Shown here piece by piece: positions 53,205 through 63,999 of a DNA stretch of 64,000 bases. Each line of letters starts with the position of its first letter. Position 1 is the first letter of the stretch. The position numbers were made by a program, and so were the translations under genes. Source of the stretch: Acidobacteriota bacterium. GTDB lineage: Bacteria > Acidobacteriota > UBA6911. Below the pieces are notes generated by a model. It saw only the letters and a program-made list of their open reading frames with translations, had not been told where the DNA came from and made no database searches. Location: NCBI GenBank assembly GCA_963664705.1, contig OY761556.1, positions 992,001 through 1,056,000 of the forward strand, in the 5' to 3' direction.

Positions 53205-53249
53205 CTTACACACCGGGGGCCATAGGTTCAAATCCTATACCGCCCACCA
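53205..53249 (+). repeat. Right att site: displaced 3' half of tRNA-Val
   Basis: CTTACACACCGGGGGCCATAGGTTCAAATCCTATACCGCCCACCA. Confidence 0.92.
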
Positions 53250-53256
53250 TTGAACC

Positions 53257-53391
53257 TCAGTAAGTACAATCTTTGGCAGCATTCAGTTCCCCTATTACTT
53301 CCTTCGCAATCCAGTTGGCAATGGTCACGGGCAACTCGCCCTTCAGGGTTACCAGCAAATATCCGGCCCCATCCTGAATTTTGTATTCCAT
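53257..53391 (-). pseudogene. Short, probably truncated ORF (STAS/SpoIIAA-like N-terminus)
   Basis: GGAG RBS then MEYKIQDGAGYLLVTLKGELPV; only 44 aa and ends beside the att site. Confidence 0.35.
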
Positions 53392-53476
53392 AGCCCGCTC
53401 CGGGTGCCGATGAACGAATAAATTGACTGCCGATACTATTCCGAAAAAACGCTCCGTTGCCACAAAGTTTGAAATG

Positions 53477-53501
53477 AAAAAAAGGGCTCCCGGAGGAGCC
53501 C
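53477..53501 (-). terminator. Intrinsic terminator for the gene at 53563..54654
   Basis: A7-GGGCTCC-CGGA-GGAGCCC on the plus strand, i.e. hairpin plus T7 on the minus strand. Confidence 0.8.
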
Positions 53502-53562
53502 CTCGAAATGATGTATGTATTCACCCAGTAATTGGACCATGCCAGCCCATAAATTTAAAAAT

Positions 53563-54654
53563 CTAGAACCTTACTCCCAATTTTAATCCCCATTCCGTGG
53601 TTGTGTTGTGCGGTTCGACGGCCGGCATTCCGATATAAAGAGTGGAGCCATAAAAATAGACGACGTCCATCGCATACATCCGATCGGAATCCTCAACGTT
53701 CCAATATCTGAAATAAGGCTCGGCGGCCAATTCTGTTTTTCCCAATTTGCGGATGAACTTGATCGAACCTCTGGTGCCCCAGCCGTCCTTTTGGTCGAAT
53801 TTGATTGGTGCGGGGCTGCCCACTTCATTGATTTCGCTGTGATTCCATCCGTGCCAGAAAAGGTCGTATTCCCCGGCCAGGCCCAGCTTCCAATTGGCGC
53901 CTGCCTGAATCATGGTTTCCAGCCCGATCGGGCTATACAGGTAATGCTGCTTTCTGTCGTAGTCAATGAACCCTGCACTTGTCCTGACTCCGCTTTCCCC
54001 GTCAAACAGATACCGATGGCCAAAACCGATGAATGGAGTAAACACAGCCTTGCGGGAAGGTGCCGGGATATCGTATCCAACGGAAAACCTGGTTTCGAAA
54101 TTATAATCGCGCAATCCGGAAGAGACTCCGGTGCCATTGGACCAGTAATCGACATCGCCCAGGCTGAATCTGCTTTCCAGCTTGAATGCAAAATGGTTCG
54201 GCCTGAATGTATAATCACCGGACACTCCGTACATGAAACCTTTGTTTCTCATCAACTCCGGTTCATCGTAATAGATATTGGAAATCTCAAAACCGAGGCC
54301 GGCCTGGTGTCGCCTGGCTCTATCCAGGGTACTTTTCGTTTTTCCAGGAGAGTGAAAACCCGGGATCATTGATTCCGAGGCGGCTTCGGCTCCAGACTGC
54401 ATCTCGATGTCTTTGGTTTTTACGTAGGCTACTCGCTTGCCGATCTGCACTTTTGCATATCCGCGTTCCAGCCCGATAATGGTCACGGGCTGACCGCAGT
54501 TCAATTGCTCAACCACATGAGGGCTGCCGGGAGCGGCCCACGCCGGGACATGCCCCGCTGAGCCGGCATTACACCGGATGGTTCCGCTTTCTTCGGAAAA
54601 TGCCGAGAGACTGAGAATCAAACAGAGGAAAAGAGCTGCAAGAGATCGCTGCAT
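53563..54654 (-). CDS. Outer-membrane beta-barrel protein with N-terminal SH3-like domain
   Basis: Signal peptide; LNCGQPVTIIGLERGYAKVQIGKRVAYV; amphipathic strands ending WGLKLGVRF; GGAGG RBS. Confidence 0.7.
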   Translation of the reverse strand: MQRSLAALFLCLILSLSAFSEESGTIRCNAGSAGHVPAWAAPGSPHVVEQLNCGQPVTIIGLERGYAKVQIGKRVAYVKTKDIEMQSGAEAASESMIPGFHSPGKTKSTLDRARRHQAGLGFEISNIYYDEPELMRNKGFMYGVSGDYTFRPNHFAFKLESRFSLGDVDYWSNGTGVSSGLRDYNFETRFSVGYDIPAPSRKAVFTPFIGFGHRYLFDGESGVRTSAGFIDYDRKQHYLYSPIGLETMIQAGANWKLGLAGEYDLFWHGWNHSEINEVGSPAPIKFDQKDGWGTRGSIKFIRKLGKTELAAEPYFRYWNVEDSDRMYAMDVVYFYGSTLYIGMPAVEPHNTTTEWGLKLGVRF

Positions 54655-54921
54655 AAAAACCTCCCGGAAAGAGATGGCAATAAACTCCAATACGGATATC
54701 GATAGAACTATTCAGAGTCCATAATTACAAGAACGTAATTGAGGCCAATTTGCCTAGTCAGGAAAGCAAAATTTATCATTTTTTTTACGGCCCGGTTGAA
54801 GCGCGGCGGGAGCATCGTACGCAAGCGGGAAGAGGGAGCTGGTGTCCTGTCATGGCAACGACGGAAGATCAGTGAATCAACGTTTTTGAGCTGGGAGTCC
54901 AAAACTCCAATCGATCAGGGT

Positions 54922-55317
54922 TTATGGGAGCGAAACAAGCCAGGCTAATGCCTTTTCGAACTCACAAAAGACCTTGAAGGACATGCCGCGGTTGAAGGCC
55001 ACATTTTCCCCGAACTTGCTCCCGTCAAACATATCTTCAGGCAAGACAATCGCCAGGCTCAGGCCTCCAGGCAAGAGTTTGGCGACTGCCAACTGCCTGC
55101 TTTGATCGGCGGCAAAACCGGCATAAAAATACCTGTCCACTGCGGATAGCGTACCTTTGAGCTCGCGTGCATCCAGAAGAATCTTGGGGATTCCGTGTTT
55201 TACCGCGGCATCCACCAAATTCAAAAAATTCTCTTGCGACTCTTCGCGCGAATAGCTTCCAGAGGAAACACCCTGAACAATTTTCGATTCCGGATCTATT
55301 TTGATTTCCATTGCCAT
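54922..55317 (-). CDS. Hypothetical protein, STAS/SpoIIAA-like
   Basis: KILLDAREL, FGENVAFNRG and EKALAWL; AGGAG RBS. Confidence 0.6.
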   Translation of the reverse strand: MAMEIKIDPESKIVQGVSSGSYSREESQENFLNLVDAAVKHGIPKILLDARELKGTLSAVDRYFYAGFAADQSRQLAVAKLLPGGLSLAIVLPEDMFDGSKFGENVAFNRGMSFKVFCEFEKALAWLVSLP

Positions 55318-55387
55318 GGGTCCCGCTCCTGCACAATGGTTTCATGAGATACCGAATAGCAATGCTGATTATTTCGCATCATACAGC

Positions 55388-55431
55388 GGAATATGGAAAA
55401 TTGCCAACCTTCGCGCAAATTTCCATATTCC
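55388..55431. other. Long intergenic hairpin
   Basis: GGAATATGGAAA...TTTCCATATTCC 12-bp inverted repeat extended by TTGC/GCAA. Confidence 0.5.
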
Positions 55432-55480
55432 CGGCCATGAATGAGCCAAAAACTGCCGCGAATGCCGCAAAGAGCTAAGA

Positions 55481-58400
55481 TTATTTCCGGATTGCACCAA
55501 ACGTTGATTTCACTATTCTCACCGGGCCCAGCAACCCCGACGGCTGCAGTGGAGAATCCGCCTTATAGAACGCCTGGGTTGTATAAGTGTATTTCCTCGC
55601 TGCTTCCGGCTGTGCATCGCCGATCAATCGGTTGACCCAGAGGTTGGTTATCTTTATTTCAAGCATATTTGCGCCGGGCTTGAGGTTGTTTTTTATATCT
55701 ACTCTGAATGGAGGCTTCCAGAGGATTCCCAGGGGCTGATTATTCAACCGCACTTCCGCGATATTTTTTACGCTGCCCAGATCGAGCCACACAGCGGTGG
55801 CATTGGTTCGCCACGCTGCGGGCGCCTGAAAAGGCTTTTGGTAGATAGCCGTTCCTGAAAAATACTTCACGCCCGGGTCGGCGTGCTCTGTCCATGAACA
55901 CAATTCCCCAAGCGTAATTTCTTCCGGTGCTCCGCGGTTTTGCTGAAAATGCACCACCCAGGGGCCTTCCAGCGCTGAAACCATTGTTTCATTGCGGAGG
56001 ATTCCTGAATAGGACCCCGCGGAACTCCACTTTATCCGCACTTTGTCCAAGGGCTTTCGAAATACGACGAACAGGGCGTCATTTGGATCGAGTTGAAGCG
56101 ACACAATGGTCTGTCCGTTCGCTACCTTGAAGGGAGTACTTTCGATTGAATCAATCCGGCCCGTGTCCGGGTGCCAGATTTCCGGCAGCATGCCCGTTAC
56201 GCGAAAGGCCGCATCCACCCTTTCCACGCGGCTGTTGCGGTTGTTTACCCAATAGACGTCGCCCTGCCCCGAAATCCGCCGATGCACATAGAGCAGACGC
56301 GTATCGGCAAAGGGCCGGGTATATTCAAAATCGGGTAGGACTTTCATGCGCGTATGAAGAACTTCCTCGATGGAAATCCCGTTGAACACTTTTCCTTTGC
56401 CATAGGCGTTTTCGTCGGAACCCGAGCCCCAGACTTCATCGGCAATCAGTTTGAATTCAGCCTGGCTATCGCCAAGGCTGGGGCTGTCCATCGGTCTTGC
56501 TCCGATAATCAGAGCGCCGGCCCGCACCATGGCCTGTATCTTTTTCATGACCGGCAGGCTGGAATGCCGGCTTCGCGGATCCATTACCAGAACGCGATAG
56601 GCCATGCCGCTTTTTGTTACAAGTCTGCCTCCGGATACCGATACCTCGTTGATCAGCGCATCTGCATTGATGTAGTCGAAACTATAGCCTGCGGGCAAAT
56701 CGGGCGGCTTTTCGGCAAACTGAGCTGTGATGTTGGAGTCCTCGCCATAGTAATAAAGAATGTCTGCCACGTACCTGCCCTGCTGAAGCATAAAGGAACT
56801 GCGTGCAAGGTATGCAATCCAGGGCTGTGCCTGTTCGGCCCAGGTCTCGTGCCGCGTAAACCACTGGCCATAGGGCCCAAGTCCGAGCCCGGGAATTTTG
56901 TCCGATACCGGCTGATGGACGGATGTATGGATGATGAACCGATTCAGGCCCATCGCCATTTCGATATCGGCGGTTGGCTTCAATGTTTCCGGCGCCCATC
57001 CCCAGGCGCTGCCGCGTGCTGTCATGGATTCGGCTGCAACGATGTTCTGACCATAAATGTGGGCAACCGAGGCCGATTCGCGCACGTCCGCGTTATAGGA
57101 TTTTTGTTCGACCCCTTCGGCTGATCGTGGCGTCCAATACGCGCTCATCGGAATATCCGCATGGCGCTTTACTTCCATGCCGTCCGCGATGAATACGCGG
57201 CCCCCCTCGTGCGATTCGGAGTAACGTCCCATGTCACGCTCACGCAGCGATGCGGTGATCTGATCATAATGATTTTCTGCGATCAGGTCGGATAGTGTTT
57301 TGCGGAAATCCCACAGAAAGCGATCACTTGCCTCGGCGCTTTCAACAATGATTCCCGTGAGCGCGGGCATCCATGGATGCGGATCGTAGCCCCGTCGACG
57401 GATGAACTCACCGATCATATCGTCGGTCCAGTTCTGCGCGCCGGACTCAACGCTGTCGGTGATCATGTACCGCAACCCGCGCTTTCCCATAAGATCGCCA
57501 AGCATGGACTGGTATGGGGCGAGGTAATTATCGATGTAGGATTTGACATAGATGCGGTTGAGTTTATCGACCTCCAGGCCCGTTGCCTCAGGGGATGCCG
57601 GTGAATTATGGGCGCCGGTCAATGAATAGCCCATGCGCAGCACGACCCACTTGCCTGGAGGCGGCGTCCAATTCAGACTTCCGTTGGCTTCCATTCGCGC
57701 CGTCAGATCGATGACATGTGCTTTCGGTACCGCCAGCGTCGGCGCAATGGACGGTGTTGCTTGCGCATACAGATCCGGCACGGCTTCAAAGGCGGCCTTA
57801 TCCTCAAACTGATTTATTCGTGCGCCTGTATGCAGAATCAGTTCCGAAATCAGGTTCTGTTCGGGTACGTCGAATCTGGGCGAAGTATAGCTGAGACGGA
57901 AGTATCTCGCGGTTGCAGGAGGGAAGGCGAGGGTCCGCTGGCCGGCGCCACCTCCCGGCAGCGTGGCAACCGTTCGAAAAGTTCGGCCATCGTCGCCAGC
58001 CTCCAGTTCGCGCTTGAAATCCATTTCGGGCTGAATTTTTTCAAAGAGCCCTGTCGCACGGCCCTTCGATAGAGATAAGGCATGTATGGTCTGAGGCTGT
58101 GCGAATTCGAACTGTATCCACGATTTTTCGCCTGGGGGAGCCGACGGCAATGCCCTTGTCTTTGCCAGGTTCCCATCGGTGAGGAAATCGAGATCGAACT
58201 GGCCGCCGCTGGAGGTCACCTTTGGCTTCAGGTCGCGGATCGGAGTGTCCCCTTCGGGCAGCCTGCAGGCGATCACGGCAGAGTCGGCATAGAACTCGAG
58301 ATTTGCCAGCGGCGTGCTGTCTCCGGAGCGTGGAATATCCTGGAAGGGACCCGTTGTCGATGGCGGCCTGGGCAAAATTCCATTAAATGGTTTTCCCCCG

Positions 58401-58891
58401 GGAATCATGGTTGTGCTCCACACGAGCTTTTTCATCGCCTGTGCGGGCTGAACCCAGGGTCCGCCCGTTTCGCTCCATCCGGGAGATCCGGCAATCGCCA
58501 TTTCCAGGCCCAGTTTATCCGCCATTGTCACGGCATACAAAAAGGCCTCTTTCCACTCGGCAGTCATATAGACAAGGCGTTTTTCGACAATCTGGGGAGT
58601 GGAAAGCGAGGCATCAAAGTTCTGAAAACCCCCGAGTCCAATTCTTTTCATCCACTCCAGGTCCAGTTTGATTCCCTCTTTTGTGATATTGCCGTTCATC
58701 CAGTGCCACCAGACCCGTGGTTTTGCGCTGTCCGGGGGATTCTGAAAACCCTGCTCCAGATCATTGTTGATGTATCTCTGTGCCCCCAATGAGCAGACAG
58801 CGAGAGAAAGCAGAATCATGGCGATCCGGATTGTTCGGTGCATAACGCTCCACATGAACCAAGTTCGATAATCTTGCCAAATGCGATGCAC
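55481..58891 (-). CDS. Glycoside hydrolase family 106-like (alpha-L-rhamnosidase-like), secreted; true start probably slightly downstream
   Basis: FQNPPDSAKPRVWWHWMNGNIT, PGWSETGGPW, GLEVDKL, AAESMT and C-terminal SGLLGPV. Confidence 0.85.
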   Translation of the reverse strand: MHRIWQDYRTWFMWSVMHRTIRIAMILLSLAVCSLGAQRYINNDLEQGFQNPPDSAKPRVWWHWMNGNITKEGIKLDLEWMKRIGLGGFQNFDASLSTPQIVEKRLVYMTAEWKEAFLYAVTMADKLGLEMAIAGSPGWSETGGPWVQPAQAMKKLVWSTTMIPGGKPFNGILPRPPSTTGPFQDIPRSGDSTPLANLEFYADSAVIACRLPEGDTPIRDLKPKVTSSGGQFDLDFLTDGNLAKTRALPSAPPGEKSWIQFEFAQPQTIHALSLSKGRATGLFEKIQPEMDFKRELEAGDDGRTFRTVATLPGGGAGQRTLAFPPATARYFRLSYTSPRFDVPEQNLISELILHTGARINQFEDKAAFEAVPDLYAQATPSIAPTLAVPKAHVIDLTARMEANGSLNWTPPPGKWVVLRMGYSLTGAHNSPASPEATGLEVDKLNRIYVKSYIDNYLAPYQSMLGDLMGKRGLRYMITDSVESGAQNWTDDMIGEFIRRRGYDPHPWMPALTGIIVESAEASDRFLWDFRKTLSDLIAENHYDQITASLRERDMGRYSESHEGGRVFIADGMEVKRHADIPMSAYWTPRSAEGVEQKSYNADVRESASVAHIYGQNIVAAESMTARGSAWGWAPETLKPTADIEMAMGLNRFIIHTSVHQPVSDKIPGLGLGPYGQWFTRHETWAEQAQPWIAYLARSSFMLQQGRYVADILYYYGEDSNITAQFAEKPPDLPAGYSFDYINADALINEVSVSGGRLVTKSGMAYRVLVMDPRSRHSSLPVMKKIQAMVRAGALIIGARPMDSPSLGDSQAEFKLIADEVWGSGSDENAYGKGKVFNGISIEEVLHTRMKVLPDFEYTRPFADTRLLYVHRRISGQGDVYWVNNRNSRVERVDAAFRVTGMLPEIWHPDTGRIDSIESTPFKVANGQTIVSLQLDPNDALFVVFRKPLDKVRIKWSSAGSYSGILRNETMVSALEGPWVVHFQQNRGAPEEITLGELCSWTEHADPGVKYFSGTAIYQKPFQAPAAWRTNATAVWLDLGSVKNIAEVRLNNQPLGILWKPPFRVDIKNNLKPGANMLEIKITNLWVNRLIGDAQPEAARKYTYTTQAFYKADSPLQPSGLLGPVRIVKSTFGAIRK

Positions 58892-58986
58892 TCAATATAA
58901 CCTTACTTTTTTTCTTCATGCAATTTGTGAATCGGGCATGGTTGGCTCCGATTCCAGTTGCACGAGCTAATGAAAACGAAAAAAAC

Positions 58987-60288
58987 ATGAACTACAAAGA
59001 GACTCTGGATTTCCTCGCGCTGCGTGGAAATGAAGTTCAGACCATGCACCTAGGTCTGCATCGCACGATCGCCATGTTGAAGGCCCTGGATAATCCGCAG
59101 GACCGCTATGCCTCGATTCACATTGCGGGCACCAACGGAAAGGGAAGCGTAGCCGCAATGTGCGAATCCATTTTGCGTGAAGCCGGACTGACGACCGGCC
59201 TTTTTACTTCTCCGCACCTGATTCGGGTGGAGGAGCGCATGCGTGTGAATGGCAGCCAGATCTCTCCCGCGGCATTCGCCTCTGTTGCCTCGCGTGTTCG
59301 AGATACGGAAGCGGCATTGCTCAAGAAAAAGACGCTTGATCGTCTGCTGACCACCTTTGAATTTTTAACCTGTTGCACATTTCTGCATTTCGCAGACAGG
59401 AAGGTCGACATTGCCGTAATTGAGGTGGGACTGGGCGGAAAGCTTGATTCCACCAATGTAATCACGCCCGAGGTGAGCGTTATTACCGGGATAGCTCTCG
59501 ATCACCAGTATCTGCTGGGGAATACGCTAGCCGAGATTGCCGGCGAGAAGGCCGGGATTATTAAAAAAGGGGTGCCGGCGGTTTCAGCCTGCTGCGAAGC
59601 GGCTCCAAGGCGCGTGATTCGGAATCGGGCGCGGGAAGTCCATGCTCCTTTGACCGAAACATGCAATGCCTGCACAATTCGCGTTACCGGGCAGACAAAA
59701 GGGCGCTACCGTTTTGATCTCAAAACACCGCTGCGACAGTATCGCAACCTTCGGCTTTCCCTGGCTGGTGAACATCAGATCCGCAATGCCTCCCTTGCAG
59801 TGATCGCCATTGAAGCGTTGGCTGCTTTTCCCATCAGCGCCGGCGAAATCCGCCGGGGAATTTCCCGGACTCAATGGGCCGGGCGTCTTGACGAATATCG
59901 GTCTCGGCGCCGCACGCTCCTGGATGGCGCTCACAATCCGGAAGCAGCCCGGCTGTTGCGGGATTTTCTTGTCCGCAGAAAAGAAAAAGAGATCCACATG
60001 GTTTTCGGTGCGGTGCGAGACAAGGATATTCGCAAGATAGGGGAGGCTCTATTTCCTGTGGCCACCACCATTCATCTGACGCCCCTGGTCAATACACGCA
60101 CGTCTGATCCGGCGGAAGTGGCTGCCATGCACAAGGGCTTTCTTTCGAAAATGAGAGTTCATAAAAACATGAAAGAAGCGCTGAACGCTGCGTGGAAAGA
60201 GTGTTCCCGTTCGGGATTGGTCGTCGTAACGGGGTCTCTTTACCTTATCGGAGAACTGATGCCGCTGGTGAAAAAGACGAGGCCTTGA
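58987..60288 (+). CDS. folC: Folylpolyglutamate synthase/dihydrofolate synthase
   Basis: IHIAGTNGKGS, FTSPHL, EVGLGGKLDSTN, LDGAHN and TGSLY. Confidence 0.96.
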   Translation: MNYKETLDFLALRGNEVQTMHLGLHRTIAMLKALDNPQDRYASIHIAGTNGKGSVAAMCESILREAGLTTGLFTSPHLIRVEERMRVNGSQISPAAFASVASRVRDTEAALLKKKTLDRLLTTFEFLTCCTFLHFADRKVDIAVIEVGLGGKLDSTNVITPEVSVITGIALDHQYLLGNTLAEIAGEKAGIIKKGVPAVSACCEAAPRRVIRNRAREVHAPLTETCNACTIRVTGQTKGRYRFDLKTPLRQYRNLRLSLAGEHQIRNASLAVIAIEALAAFPISAGEIRRGISRTQWAGRLDEYRSRRRTLLDGAHNPEAARLLRDFLVRRKEKEIHMVFGAVRDKDIRKIGEALFPVATTIHLTPLVNTRTSDPAEVAAMHKGFLSKMRVHKNMKEALNAAWKECSRSGLVVVTGSLYLIGELMPLVKKTRP

Positions 60289-60289
60289 G

Positions 60290-60354
60290 CACCGGGAGAG
60301 CGCCGCCGTCTCGGCAAGTAATATACGCCCGGCGAGACGCCGGCGGTCCCGGTG
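60290..60354. repeat. REP-like inverted pair between convergent genes
   Basis: CACCGGGA..CGCCGCCGTCTCG / CGAGACGCCGGCG..TCCCGGTG. Confidence 0.55.
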
Positions 60355-60356
60355 GG

Positions 60357-60869
60357 CTAGGATTCAATCACCAATAGCAAATCGCCTGTATTGACTGTAG
60401 TTCCCGGCTGCACGGCAACTTCCTTTACTATTCCACTTTTGGGTGCCCGAATATCGTTCTGCATTTTCATGGCTTCAAGCACCAGGAGACTCTGATCGTA
60501 TACAACCGCATCTCCATCCTGGACCAGGATGCGGATTACTTTGCCCGGCATGTCCGCACAAATGCGCTGCACTCCGGACTGGCTGTCTTCCCAGTGATCC
60601 CTGGTTCCCTGCCTGCGTGGATCGCTAATCCGGAAGGAGTAGGTGCCTGCCCGGCTGGAGACGTCACACGTTTCAGCCGACAGATTGACGTGCAGATCAT
60701 GGACCGTTCCGTCAAGAATCAGTGAGTAGTGGCCATCCTCCAGCCGCACCCAGTCGCAGAGTATGTCCTTCCCGCCCATGCGTATCTTCTTCCGGCCGTC
60801 GTTTGAAGTAATTTCCACCGCTATTCTGTGCGCGCCTTCGATTATTTCCAGAATCACATTGGACTCCAA
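60357..60869 (-). CDS. Biotin carboxyl carrier protein
   Basis: MPGKVI...LEAMKMQN biotinylation motif. Confidence 0.93.
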   Translation of the reverse strand: MESNVILEIIEGAHRIAVEITSNDGRKKIRMGGKDILCDWVRLEDGHYSLILDGTVHDLHVNLSAETCDVSSRAGTYSFRISDPRRQGTRDHWEDSQSGVQRICADMPGKVIRILVQDGDAVVYDQSLLVLEAMKMQNDIRAPKSGIVKEVAVQPGTTVNTGDLLLVIES

Positions 60870-60896
60870 AAGGGATACCGGTGTTTTATGCGTCTG

Positions 60897-62402
60897 CTAT
60901 CGTCGTGGAACTGCGGCAAATCCCGGGCGCCCTGACAGCTTCCATGGGCTTTCGGCTTCTGATTGGCCGGGTTGTGACAGTTCGGTCGTCTCGGCATAGG
61001 CGAGAGCGGCCGCGAGTGCGTGTGGCGTCGGCATCAAGGCCTCTGAGCTCGAAGGCTTCATCGATTGCAGCTGCATTTCCTCCACGAGACCGGTATGCGT
61101 GTGTCCTGCAATGAAATCGCCATTGGACAATAATTCGAGAAAGAAGGAGATGTTTGTCCGTAAGCCGGTAATTCGGTATTCCTGAAGCGCTCGTCGCAAG
61201 CGGCCGATTGTCTGTGTGCGATCTGCCCCGGTTACAATCAGTTTGGAAAGGAGTGGATCGTAATGGATGGAAACCTCCCAGCCTTGATAAATTCCGGAAT
61301 CAAGCCGGACCCCCGGCCCCTGCGGTTCCTGGAGGCGTCGAATCACTCCGGCGGACGGAATCATGCGGACGGGATCCTCCGCGCATATTCGGCACTCCAT
61401 GGCACAGCCGCGCATCTGTACCTGCTCCTGGCGGAATGAGAGCCGGGCCCCGGAGGCAATGCGGAATTGCTCGGCCACCAGATCAATGCCCGTTACTGCC
61501 TCTGTGATTGGATGTTCAACCTGGAGGCGTGTATTCATTTCCAGAAAGTAAAAATTCCGGTCCGAATCAAGCAGGAATTCAATCGTTCCCGCTCCCTCAT
61601 AGTGGGCCGCGCGGGTGATCCGCGTCGCGACCTCACCCATTTTCCGTCGCAGTTTTTCATCCAGCGTGGGGCTTGGGCTTTCTTCAAACAATTTTTGGTG
61701 TCGGCGCTGAATGGAGCATTCGCGTTCTCCGAGATGAACCACGTTGCCATGCCGGTCGGCCAGAACCTGGATTTCTATGTGACGCGGTTTCTCCATGTAT
61801 TTTTCCAGGTAGAGCGAAGAGTCCCCAAAAGAGCGGAGCGCCTCGGATCCCGCGGCAACGAAGTCCCCTCTCATGTGGGACTCATCGGTAACAAAGCGCA
61901 TGCCCCGGCCCCCTCCGCCGGCAGAAGCTTTTATCATGACCGGATATCCCAGGACGCGGGCTTCCTTTATCGCATCTTCAACCGATGTGAGCGGGGCATA
62001 GGTGCCGGGGACGAGCGGAATTCCGTGTTTATGAAGCAGCGTGCGTGCGTTGGTTTTGCTTCCCATCATCCGCATTGATTCTTCAGACGGACCGATAAAC
62101 GTAATCCCGGCTTTTGCACAGGCGGCGGCAAAGGCGGGATTTTCGGACAGAAATCCATATCCGGGATGAATGGCATCCGCTCCGGATCTCCTGGCCGCTT
62201 CAATGACCTTGTCAATATTGAGATAGCTTTCCAGGGAAGGGGCGGGTCCAAGCAGATAGGCCTCGTCCGCAAGCCGCACGTGCAGCGATGCCCGATCCGC
62301 CTCGGAAAAGACCGCGATGGGAACCATTCCACCATCTCTGCAGGCACGGATTATCCGGACGGCGATTTCTCCTCGATTCGCTATCAGAATTCTTTGGAGC
62401 AT
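60897..62402 (-). CDS. accC: Biotin carboxylase subunit
   Basis: ILIANRGEIA, HPGYGFLSEN, GGGGRGM and EMNTRLQVEHP. Confidence 0.93.
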   Translation of the reverse strand: MLQRILIANRGEIAVRIIRACRDGGMVPIAVFSEADRASLHVRLADEAYLLGPAPSLESYLNIDKVIEAARRSGADAIHPGYGFLSENPAFAAACAKAGITFIGPSEESMRMMGSKTNARTLLHKHGIPLVPGTYAPLTSVEDAIKEARVLGYPVMIKASAGGGGRGMRFVTDESHMRGDFVAAGSEALRSFGDSSLYLEKYMEKPRHIEIQVLADRHGNVVHLGERECSIQRRHQKLFEESPSPTLDEKLRRKMGEVATRITRAAHYEGAGTIEFLLDSDRNFYFLEMNTRLQVEHPITEAVTGIDLVAEQFRIASGARLSFRQEQVQMRGCAMECRICAEDPVRMIPSAGVIRRLQEPQGPGVRLDSGIYQGWEVSIHYDPLLSKLIVTGADRTQTIGRLRRALQEYRITGLRTNISFFLELLSNGDFIAGHTHTGLVEEMQLQSMKPSSSEALMPTPHALAAALAYAETTELSQPGQSEAESPWKLSGRPGFAAVPRR

Positions 62403-62427
62403 GAGGGCCTTTCTTTGTGAGCCGGAG

Positions 62428-62472
62428 TTCTGACTCCCCTCTCCTGACTCCTGACTCCTGTCTCCTGTCTCC
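62428..62472. repeat. Six degenerate heptamer tandem repeats
   Basis: TTCTGAC TCCCCTC TCCTGAC TCCTGAC TCCTGTC TCCTGTC. Confidence 0.75.
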
Positions 62473-62475
62473 TTT

Positions 62476-63999
62476 TTACAATGGAATGTTCCCGTGCTTC
62501 TTGGGGGGAGTCGTATCCTTCTTGTTTTGCAGCATGCGCAAACCTGTAATCAGTTTTGCGCGCGTGATCCGCGGCTCGATAACTTCATCGATAAAGCCGC
62601 GCTGTGCCGCAATATAGGGTGATGCAAATTTGTTTCGGTATTCCGCTATCTTTTCGGCGCGGAGTTCCTGGGAATTTGGCGTCGATTTGAGCGCGTTTCG
62701 AAACAAAATGTTGATGGCGCCTTCCGGCCCCATGACGGCAATTTCGGCGGAAGGGAAGGCATAGTTGAGATCTGTGCGCAAATGCTTGGACGCCATCACG
62801 CAATAGGCTCCGCCATACGACTTGCGAGTGATAATGGTTATTTTCGGCACAGTGGCTTCCGCAAAGGCATAAAGCAGTTTTGCCCCGTGACGGATTATGC
62901 CGCCATATTCTTGTGAAGTGCCTGGCAGGAATCCCGGGACATCCTCAAATGTGATCAGGGGAATGTTGAAGGCGTCGCAAAATCGGACGAATCGGGCAGC
63001 TTTGACGGATGCCGAAATATCGAGAGTGCCCGCCAGGTAGTTGGGCTGATTGGCCACAATTCCTACCGGGTAGCCGTCCAGCCGGGCAAATCCGACAATG
63101 ATATTTTTGGCAAAATGACGATGCACTTCGAAGAAGTACTGATTATCGAGAATCGGCCTGAAGACATCCTTCATGTCGTAGGCCTGGTTGGGGTCCGATG
63201 GGATGATATGGTTGAGGGACTCCTCCGCGCGATTCCACGGATCCGCGGTTGGCCTGCGCGGCGGATCTTCCAGATTATTGCCGGGCAGGAATCCGAGAAG
63301 CTCGCGGATGGTATCCAGGCACTCCGCGTCGTCGGCGACGGCGAAGTGGGAGACTCCGCTGGTTCCATTGTGGGTCATGGCCCCGCCGAGTTCCTCCATG
63401 GTGACTTCTTCATGGGTAACGGTTTTGACGACATCGGGACCCGTCAAAAACATATAGCTGGTGTCTTTGACCATGATGACGAAGTCTGTGATCGCGGGCG
63501 AATAAACCGCGCCGCCCGCGCAGGGGCCCATGATCGCGGATATCTGCGGCACAACTCCGCTGGCTATCGTATTGCGCAGGAATATATCGGCATAGCCTCC
63601 CAGGCTTGCCACCCCTTCCTGAATTCTCGCACCTCCCGAATCGCACAAGCCGATGATGGGGGCTCCCACCTTCATGGCGATGTCCATCACCTTGCAGATT
63701 TTTTCAGCGACCGTCTCGCTCAGGCTTCCCCCGAATACGGTGAAATCCTGCGAATAGAGGAAAACCTGCCTTCCATCGATACGCCCATACCCGGTGATTA
63801 CACCGTCTCCCGGAATCTTCTGCTGTTCCATTCCGAAATCGGTGCAGCGGTGCTCGACAAACTTATCCATTTCCTCGAAACTGCCGTCGTCCAGCAGTCG
63901 ATGGATGCGTTCTCTGGCGGTTAACTTGGAGGATTCGTGTTGTTTTTTGCGGCGTTCAGCGCCGCCCCCCTCTTCAGCCCTCTGATTGAGTTCTTGAAG
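62476..63999 (-). CDS. pccB: Acyl-CoA carboxylase carboxyltransferase subunit (PccB/MmdA-like), 5' truncated by the window edge
   Basis: [36 protein letters not shown] and KKHGNIPL; frame open to the window end. Confidence 0.9.
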   Translation of the reverse strand, partial: LQELNQRAEEGGGAERRKKQHESSKLTARERIHRLLDDGSFEEMDKFVEHRCTDFGMEQQKIPGDGVITGYGRIDGRQVFLYSQDFTVFGGSLSETVAEKICKVMDIAMKVGAPIIGLCDSGGARIQEGVASLGGYADIFLRNTIASGVVPQISAIMGPCAGGAVYSPAITDFVIMVKDTSYMFLTGPDVVKTVTHEEVTMEELGGAMTHNGTSGVSHFAVADDAECLDTIRELLGFLPGNNLEDPPRRPTADPWNRAEESLNHIIPSDPNQAYDMKDVFRPILDNQYFFEVHRHFAKNIIVGFARLDGYPVGIVANQPNYLAGTLDISASVKAARFVRFCDAFNIPLITFEDVPGFLPGTSQEYGGIIRHGAKLLYAFAEATVPKITIITRKSYGGAYCVMASKHLRTDLNYAFPSAEIAVMGPEGAINILFRNALKSTPNSQELRAEKIAEYRNKFASPYIAAQRGFIDEVIEPRITRAKLITGLRMLQNKKDTTPPKKHGNIPL

